Notes under the pieces: generated by a model
Seen by the model: the letters and a program-made list of their open reading frames with translations, nothing else
What the model was told of the DNA's origin: nothing
The model's database searches: none
Shown here: positions 15,219 to 21,102 of the stretch, piece after piece
How the letters are laid out: each line of letters starts with the position of its first letter
Position numbering within the stretch: position 1 is the stretch's first letter
Made by a program: the position numbers and the translations under genes
From: Desulfobacterales bacterium
GTDB taxonomy: Bacteria; Desulfobacterota; Desulfobacteria; Desulfobacterales; Desulfobacteraceae
NCBI GenBank assembly: GCA_031395015.1
Contig: JANNUH010000006.1
Span: 13,082-37,081 of the forward strand
DNA: 24,000 nucleotides
Direction: 5' to 3'

Positions 15219-16243
15219 GGCGTACTCCTTGATTCTTTGATGACCACCACCAGGCTGTCATCCCGCACCCGGTTGTAGTCTCGGAACAGCACCCCGGCGA
15301 TGAGGGCAGGGTGCCGCCCGCGCAACCCCGGGGAGTCATCCAGGTCCCAGCGGCTGGTCAGTCCGTCCGAATTCAAGACGAGCAGTCCGTTTTCCGGCCA
15401 TGGATAGGTGAATTCCATAATCTTGCGCGCTTCAAGGCCTACGGTGCCGTTGTGTGAGACCATGCTGCGGACGGCATCATTGGAAAAAATTCGCCCGGAG
15501 ATGTTGCCCACACCGGCATAGTGCACCAGTCGCCGGTCCCAAAGCACCTCGGTTACGGCCACTGCTGCCCCGCGGGTGCTGCGCAGGGCGGCGTGCATTC
15601 GTTCAATCATCTCCACGGGACCGGTATGGGGATGATTCTCAAAGATGTCAACTGCCGCGGCAGAGGCTTCGGCGGCGTACTGGCCGTGGCCCAGCCCGTC
15701 GGCCAGCATGATCAGTGCCCGCTCGCGGGTCTGATGCAAGGCCCAGGCGTCGCCGCAGGATTCTTCCGTCGGTATAGGCAGACACACCGCCCCCACTTCC
15801 ATCCACACCTCCGGCGGGTGCGGTGGCTCGAAGGCGGGCAGCGGGCGGCGCCAGATGCGGCTCAGTACTGCAGTGCCATGACCGGGCCGGGAATAGATGT
15901 CAAACAGGGCCGATAGTCTTTGGATTGCGCCCAGACCGCTCCCAGGACTACCCGTTGTGGAGTGGCCGTTACGCAGGCTCTCTCCTATGTTACGAATTCC
16001 AGGTCCCTGGTCCAGAGCGAGCATTTCGATGCCGGGCACCTTGTCAATCCCGAGAGCGTTCAGAATGAGGTCGCCGCCTCCGGCGTGTTTCAACAGGTTG
16101 GTGGCCATTTCAGACACCACAATGGAAACATGCTCGACGCTGACCGCATCGAGTCCCAGCTCCCTGCCCATGGACGCAGCTCGCCGCCGGGCTTCGCCCA
16201 CCTGACTCGATTCTTCCACCCGCAGCAGTGTCGTTTTTTTCAT
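15215..16243 (-). CDS. PP2C/SpoIIE-family protein phosphatase with an N-terminal RsbT/RsbW-like GHKL module (RsbX-position gene of the stressosome cassette)
   Basis: The track ORF starts at GTG 16249. ATG 16243 gives an ATGA overlap with the rsbT stop, and either start is possible. N-terminal module motifs: VSEMATN, LDQGPGI, GSGLG, PGHGT. C-terminal SpoIIE/PP2C motifs: GDAWAL, LADGLGHGQYAAEAS, VLNSDGLTS. Confidence 0.9.
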   Translation of the reverse strand: MKKTTLLRVEESSQVGEARRRAASMGRELGLDAVSVEHVSIVVSEMATNLLKHAGGGDLILNALGIDKVPGIEMLALDQGPGIRNIGESLRNGHSTTGSPGSGLGAIQRLSALFDIYSRPGHGTAVLSRIWRRPLPAFEPPHPPEVWMEVGAVCLPIPTEESCGDAWALHQTRERALIMLADGLGHGQYAAEASAAAVDIFENHPHTGPVEMIERMHAALRSTRGAAVAVTEVLWDRRLVHYAGVGNISGRIFSNDAVRSMVSHNGTVGLEARKIMEFTYPWPENGLLVLNSDGLTSRWDLDDSPGLRGRHPALIAGVLFRDYNRVRDDSLVVVIKESRSTP

Positions 16244-16644
16244 ATCCACCTTGTGATCGTGATGCGTGTGCCCTTACCGGGCAAAGACCAGATGTCGAAT
16301 TCGTTCACCAGCCGTTTGGACCCGCTCAGTCCCAGGCCTAATCCGTCGCCTGTGGTATAACCGTCTTTCAGTGCCAGATCAAGGTCAGGGATGCCTGGCC
16401 CGTGATCTTCGAAAACAAGCCGAATACCCCGGCGGGTATTGTTCTCCAGCTCTTCCAGGCGCGCACCCCCGCCGCCGCCATAGGAAATGGTGTTGCGGCC
16501 CAGCTCGCTTGCTGCCGTGACCATCTTGGTCTGGTCCACCAGGCTGAACTTCATCTCCACCATCCAGATGCGCACGGCCTTCCGGACATTCACGAGGTCA
16601 TCTGAATTGCGCAGAATGACGTATTCACTCCGGATAATATTCAT
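16240..16644 (-). CDS. rsbT: RsbT-like serine/threonine protein kinase (anti-sigma regulatory factor family, GHKL fold)
   Basis: 134-aa ORF with ATG at 16644. N-box ASELGRN; EDHGPGI; GLGLGL; PGKGTRI. It sits directly after two STAS genes and overlaps rsbS by 20 nt. Confidence 0.85.
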   Translation of the reverse strand: MNIIRSEYVILRNSDDLVNVRKAVRIWMVEMKFSLVDQTKMVTAASELGRNTISYGGGGGARLEELENNTRRGIRLVFEDHGPGIPDLDLALKDGYTTGDGLGLGLSGSKRLVNEFDIWSLPGKGTRITITRWI

Positions 16645-17017
16645 GGCGCACCCCCGCCTGGGTTTCGATCAGGGAAGTGAGCATCGCCATACCTTTGTCC
16701 ACGGTGAGTGCGGTGCGCACGTTTTCCAGCGAAAGTCCCAGTTCCACGATGGTGATGGCCACTGCCGGGCGCATGCCTACCACCACGGTTTCGGCACCCA
16801 GCGTCCGGGTCATGGCGGCAATATTGCCAAGCATGCGGCCGATGAAAGAATCCACCATTTCCAGAGAGGAAATGTCGATGAGTACTCCTTTTGCCCGGTC
16901 CTTCACCACCCGGCCGGTCAGATCATCCTGCAGGGCCATGGCCAGGCGATCGTGCATATCCACCTGGATGGTTATCAGCAGGAAATGACCCATTTTGAGA
17001 ATTGGAATTCTATCCAT
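16625..17017 (-). CDS. rsbS: RsbS-like single-STAS-domain stressosome scaffold protein
   Basis: 130-aa ORF. IPILKMGHFLLITIQVDMHD...GVLIDISSLEMVDSFIGRMLGNIA...GMRPAVAITIVELG follows the B. subtilis RsbS pattern. This includes the phosphorylatable Ser in the (I/V)DSF motif (Ser57, codon 16847-16849). GGAGAGGAG lies upstream of the ATG. Confidence 0.9.
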   Translation of the reverse strand: MDRIPILKMGHFLLITIQVDMHDRLAMALQDDLTGRVVKDRAKGVLIDISSLEMVDSFIGRMLGNIAAMTRTLGAETVVVGMRPAVAITIVELGLSLENVRTALTVDKGMAMLTSLIETQAGVRHEYYPE

Positions 17018-17032
17018 GATGTTCTCCTCTCC

Positions 17033-17902
17033 TCATGCCTGGGCCTGCTTGCGTATGACCGAAATACCGGCCTGTTTAAAGGCGTAGGCCAGCGCATCGG
17101 CCAGCGAGGCCTTGGTGACGATGTCGTTGAAGGCTACACCCAGATGCACCATGGTCTGGGCGATCTGGGGGCGGATGCCGCTGATGATGCACTCGGCGCC
17201 CATGAGCCGGGCCGCGGCAACGGTCTTGAGCAGGTGCTGGGCCACCAGCGTATCCACCGCCGGTACCCCGGTGATGTCAATAATGGCAATCCCGCTGCCG
17301 GTTTCTACGATGGCTTGAAGGAGGCTTTCCATGACAATCTGGGTGCGGGAGCTGTCCAGCGTGCCGATCAACGGCAGGGCCAGAATGCCGTCCCACAGCT
17401 TCACGACCGGAGTGGAGAGTTCGAGCATTTCCTCTTGCTGGCGTTTGATGATTGTCTCGCGGCTCTTTTGAAAGGTTTCGACGGTGAACAGGCCCAGGCT
17501 GTCAAGCAGGACGGTTACCGTCCACATATCGCCCGATAGTTCTGAGACATCCTTGTAGCCCATTTCCTGCAGGCGGTTGAAAAGAGGCTGTTTCAGAGAA
17601 AAGACAAAGGTGGCGGTCTCGGTTGGCGTAAAATTCATGGCGGCCCGGGTCCGGGAAATTCCGGATAGAAAATCCCGCACGGGCGACCATTCCGGGGCCG
17701 TGATGTCCGTCAGGTTGCCACCGGCAACCGCCGGGACTAAAAGCGCCATAAACTCAGTCGATTCACGGCGCAGATCGGCTTCGGACAACAGGTCTTTGCG
17801 CAGGGTCAACGCATTCACCTGTACCTTAAGCCATCTGTCGACAATTTCCTTTTCAAAGGTGGTGAAGATCTCCTGGATTTTGCTTGTGTGGGTTGCAGTC
17901 AT
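17033..17902 (-). CDS. rsbR: RsbR-like stressosome sensor protein (RsbRD_N-type non-haem N-terminal domain + C-terminal STAS)
   Basis: 289-aa ORF with AGGAGG 7 nt upstream of ATG 17902. The C-terminal STAS region ELSTPVVKLWDGILALPLIGTLDSSRTQ...IIDITGVPAVDTLVAQ retains both Thr positions equivalent to the RsbRA phosphosites (Thr181, Thr218). The N-terminal approx. 150 aa contain a single His (His5, near the extreme N-terminus), so a haem-globin sensor seems unlikely. Confidence 0.85.
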   Translation of the reverse strand: MTATHTSKIQEIFTTFEKEIVDRWLKVQVNALTLRKDLLSEADLRRESTEFMALLVPAVAGGNLTDITAPEWSPVRDFLSGISRTRAAMNFTPTETATFVFSLKQPLFNRLQEMGYKDVSELSGDMWTVTVLLDSLGLFTVETFQKSRETIIKRQQEEMLELSTPVVKLWDGILALPLIGTLDSSRTQIVMESLLQAIVETGSGIAIIDITGVPAVDTLVAQHLLKTVAAARLMGAECIISGIRPQIAQTMVHLGVAFNDIVTKASLADALAYAFKQAGISVIRKQAQA

Positions 17903-17948
17903 TGGGGCACCTCCTGTTTTATGGTATCAATAGAATCTCAATATTATT

Positions 17949-19088
17949 TCAGCCATTATTATGATTCAGCACTTCCCGGATTTTTACGGCCAGCTCTTTT
18001 ATGGAAAAGGGTTTTGAAATGAAATTTGTATCAGCAGCCAGAAGTCCCCGCTGGGCAATGATATCGGCCGTATACCCGGACATGAACAGTATTTTAAGAT
18101 CAGGATACAGGGCTTTCAGTTTTTTGGCCAGATCCGGGCCGGTCATTTCCGGCATGATCACATCCGTCAGCACCAGATCGATTCCGCCGGTATGGGTTTG
18201 GGCCAGGTCCATGGCCTGGCCCGCGGTCGCCGCCTCCAGCGCTTCATAGTTCAGTCCCTCCAGCATTCTTTTGGCAAGATTCAGGATGGGAACATCATCC
18301 TCAATGATCAGCACGGTTTCATGATGTCCTGTGGGTATTTCAGTTTCATCCGGCAGTTCAGCCCGTCCGGGGTCTCCTGCATGACGGGGCAGGTAAATTC
18401 TGAAAGTCGTCCCTTTTCCAGGCTCGCTGTAAACATTGATGAACCCGTCGTTCTGCTTGATGATGCCGTACACCATGGCCAGACCCAGGCCGGTCCCCTG
18501 GCCCAGGCCCTTGGTGGTGAAAAAGGGTTCAAAGATATGGTCAAGGATTTGCCTGTCCATGCCGCAGCCGGTGTCGCTCACCGCCAGCAATACAAAATCA
18601 CCTGGAACAAAGCCGGGATGGACTGCGCAATAGGCTCCATCAAGGGTCACATGATCCGTCTCAAGGGTGAGCGTCCCGATACCGGCAATGGCATCCCTTG
18701 CGTTGACGCACAGATTGGCCAGAATCTGATCCATCTGGGAAGGGTCTATTTTGACCGGCCAAAGGCCTGACCCCGGCCGCCAGGTTAAATGAATATCCTC
18801 CCCCATAAGCCGCCGGAGCATTTTCAGCATGTATTCCACGGTCTGGTTCAAGTCCAGCACCTGGGGGCTGACGGTCTGTTTTCTGGCAAAGGCCAGTAAT
18901 TGCCGGGTGATGTCGACAGATCGCTGGGCAGCTTTGAGAACCTGCGAAAGATCATCGTGAATCGTCCCGGCCGGGTCTATTCTGTCCATGACCAGTTGCG
19001 TATAGCTCAGAATAATAGTGAGCATATTGTTGAAATCATGGGCCACCCCGCCGGCCAGCCGACCCACGGATTCCATTTTCTGGGCCTG
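17949..19088. repeat. Direct repeat copy 2 (1140 bp) = 3' part of HK2 encoding HisKA-HATPase_c-REC
   Basis: See copy 1. My hand alignment of the two encoded segments gives 41 differences in about 378 residues (about 89% identity). The plus-strand shadow ORFs 12104..12643 and 18900..19472 in the track are near-identical too, as expected for a nucleotide-level repeat. Confidence 0.9.
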
Positions 19089-20642
19089 CGCAAACTGGGC
19101 CTCCAGTTGTATATGGGCCGTGACATCCCGTTTCACGGCCACAAAATTGACAATGCGGCCTTCAGGGTCGAAAACCGGGGATATGGTGGCATCTTCGGTA
19201 AAGAGGGACCCATCCTTTCGTTTGTTGAGGATGCGGCCTTTAAAGGTATTCCCTGCCAGCAGGGTTTTCCAGAGATTTTCATAAAAGGCCGGATCCTGTT
19301 TGCCGCTTTTCAGGATCCGGGGGGTCTGCCCGCATATTTCTTCTTTTTTGTATCCGGAAATCCTTTCAAAAGCCGGGTTGACATATTGAATGGTCCCGGA
19401 AGGGTCTGTGATGATAATGCTGTCATCGCTCTGCTCAATGGCGGCCAGGAGTCTTTCCCTATCGGCCTCTGATTGTTTTTTCAGGGTGATGTCCTCAATA
19501 ATGGCAATATACCCCGTCAGTCTGCCCTCATTATCAAAGATGCTACTGGTGGACAGATTGATGAAAATCGAGGCCCCGTCTTTTTTCCGGCGTTCCAGTT
19601 CAATATGGGTGAGAGTTTGTTTTTGGGTTACCCGTTCTTTCAGTATTTTCGATTCTTCCCGGGTCTCTTCAGACACAAAGGGCGGCAGTTTTCCCAGGAC
19701 TTCAGCTTCTGTCCAGCCGAAAATAGTTTCAGCCGCTTTGTTCCAGCTTTGAATGAGACCGTCCGGGGAATAGCGGATAAGGGCCAGAGGCGAGGCGCTA
19801 ACCATTGTGCTATACTGAGTTTCGCTGGTATGAAGATTCTGTTCGGCCCGCTTTCTCTCACTGATATCCTGAAACGAGCCCTGGACCTTGACGATTTTAC
19901 CGGTTTCATTCCTCACCGCCACCCCGTTGGTTCTTACCCAGACCCGTTTTCCCGACCGGGTGAGGATTTCCAGTTCTTCATCATAGGGGATACCGTTTTT
20001 TGCACAATTTTTAAACATTCTTGTAATCCGGTCCCGCCATTCGGGCGCATAAAAATTGATGGCGTCTTTTACAAGGGGTGAATAACCCCTGGGCATTTCA
20101 TGGATATCGGCTACCGTATCAGACCAGCGGGCCGTATATTCCGGGATATCAACGCTCCAGCCGCCGAATTTTGCCGTTTCACCGGCGATGCGGAGAAGGG
20201 TATAGTTATCCTCCAGGTCCTGTTCCGCCTGTTTGCCCGTTTTTTTCTGCTTTGCTTCATCCAGTGCCCGCTTTACAGCAAAAGGAAGTCGTTCCAGCCG
20301 GTCTTTCAGGATATAATCCACGGCCCCCTGTCGAATCAGATCAATGGCCGTTTCTTCCCCAATGGAGCCTGAGACAACGATGAAAGGCGCATCCGGGGCT
20401 ATTTCCAGGGATTTTTTCAGGGCGGCAAAGGCATCATATCCAGGCAATCTGAAATCAGCCAGAATCATGTCATATTTCTGTTTTTGCAGGTATGACACAA
20501 ATTCCGCTTCATTTTCAGCGTGATCCATTTTCAATTCATATCCTGCGGCGATCAGGGATTCACGGATGATTTCAAAGTCCCTGAAGGAGTCTTCAAGGGA
20601 CAGGACGGTTAATTGTTGATCGGAATTGATTCTGGTTTTCAT
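17949..20642 (-). CDS. Hybrid histidine kinase REC - PAS - PAS - PAS - HisKA - HATPase_c - REC (called HK2 in the findings)
   Basis: The track ORF starts at ATG 20672. ATG 20642 ([18 protein letters not shown]) is preferred because AAGGAGGGG lies directly upstream and it avoids a 20-nt overlap. N-terminal REC: [19 protein letters not shown]. Three PAS domains, each ending in an ERKRAE or LKKQSE type linker. The transmitter plus C-terminal REC is about 89% identical to that of HK1. Confidence 0.9.
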   Translation of the reverse strand: MKTRINSDQQLTVLSLEDSFRDFEIIRESLIAAGYELKMDHAENEAEFVSYLQKQKYDMILADFRLPGYDAFAALKKSLEIAPDAPFIVVSGSIGEETAIDLIRQGAVDYILKDRLERLPFAVKRALDEAKQKKTGKQAEQDLEDNYTLLRIAGETAKFGGWSVDIPEYTARWSDTVADIHEMPRGYSPLVKDAINFYAPEWRDRITRMFKNCAKNGIPYDEELEILTRSGKRVWVRTNGVAVRNETGKIVKVQGSFQDISERKRAEQNLHTSETQYSTMVSASPLALIRYSPDGLIQSWNKAAETIFGWTEAEVLGKLPPFVSEETREESKILKERVTQKQTLTHIELERRKKDGASIFINLSTSSIFDNEGRLTGYIAIIEDITLKKQSEADRERLLAAIEQSDDSIIITDPSGTIQYVNPAFERISGYKKEEICGQTPRILKSGKQDPAFYENLWKTLLAGNTFKGRILNKRKDGSLFTEDATISPVFDPEGRIVNFVAVKRDVTAHIQLEAQFAQAQKMESVGRLAGGVAHDFNNMLTIILSYTQLVMDRIDPAGTIHDDLSQVLKAAQRSVDITRQLLAFARKQTVSPQVLDLNQTVEYMLKMLRRLMGEDIHLTWRPGSGLWPVKIDPSQMDQILANLCVNARDAIAGIGTLTLETDHVTLDGAYCAVHPGFVPGDFVLLAVSDTGCGMDRQILDHIFEPFFTTKGLGQGTGLGLAMVYGIIKQNDGFINVYSEPGKGTTFRIYLPRHAGDPGRAELPDETEIPTGHHETVLIIEDDVPILNLAKRMLEGLNYEALEAATAGQAMDLAQTHTGGIDLVLTDVIMPEMTGPDLAKKLKALYPDLKILFMSGYTADIIAQRGLLAADTNFISKPFSIKELAVKIREVLNHNNG

Positions 20643-20652
20643 AATCCCCTCC

Positions 20653-21090
20653 TTATTCAGGCGGCAGTTCATTGATCAATGCCCAGAACATCCCTAAATT
20701 TTTTATGGCATCGATGAATTCCTTGAAATTGACAGGCTTTACCACATAGGCATTGGTGCCCAGAGCATAAGATTTTTTCAGGTCCGGAGCTTCACGGGAA
20801 GAGGTGAGCATCACCACCGGGATGGTCTTTAATTTAGGGTCACTGCGAACAGCCTTGAGGACCTCCAGGCCATCCATGCGCGGCAGCTTGATGTCCAGCA
20901 GCATGACGGCCGGGTTTTCCGGTTTTCGCCCTGCGTATGGGCCTTCACAGCGCAGATAGTCCATGGCTGCAACCCCATCGTTGACCACAATGACCTGGTT
21001 TGCCAGCTTATATTCGTTCAATGCCTCCAGAGTCAGTTCGACATCCATGGGATTATCTTCTACGAGCAGAATGGTTTTTAAAGCGTTCAT
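20653..21090 (-). CDS. Single-domain CheY-like response regulator (Rcp1-like type usually paired with the upstream kinase)
   Basis: 145-aa ORF with AGGAG 5 nt upstream of ATG 21090. Motifs: ILLVEDNPMD, acceptor D in VMLLDIKLPRMDG, VVMLTSS, YVVKPV, and a C-terminal FW...PP tail. It lies 12 nt downstream of the 7TM kinase stop. Confidence 0.9.
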   Translation of the reverse strand: MNALKTILLVEDNPMDVELTLEALNEYKLANQVIVVNDGVAAMDYLRCEGPYAGRKPENPAVMLLDIKLPRMDGLEVLKAVRSDPKLKTIPVVMLTSSREAPDLKKSYALGTNAYVVKPVNFKEFIDAIKNLGMFWALINELPPE

Positions 21091-21102
21091 GGCAGCTCCT
21101 GA

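Noticed and set aside
16487-17539. 350-aa plus-strand ORF, plus many other long plus-strand ORFs between 11 and 20 kb (for example 12104..12643, 13579..13905, 15521..15916, 18192..18770, 18900..19472, 19473..20081)
   Set aside because: They lie antisense to minus-strand genes with strong domain-level signatures. They have biased, low-complexity composition (Gly/His/Arg/Ala-rich) and no recognisable motifs or SD sequences. Long stop-free antisense frames are expected in G+C-rich coding DNA.
20643-20672. ATG 20672 as the start of HK2 (adds MNCRLNKEGI)
   Set aside because: It would overlap the upstream RR gene by 20 nt and would place the strong AAGGAGGGG inside the coding region. ATG 20642 sits directly after that SD. 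Not excluded, only less likely.
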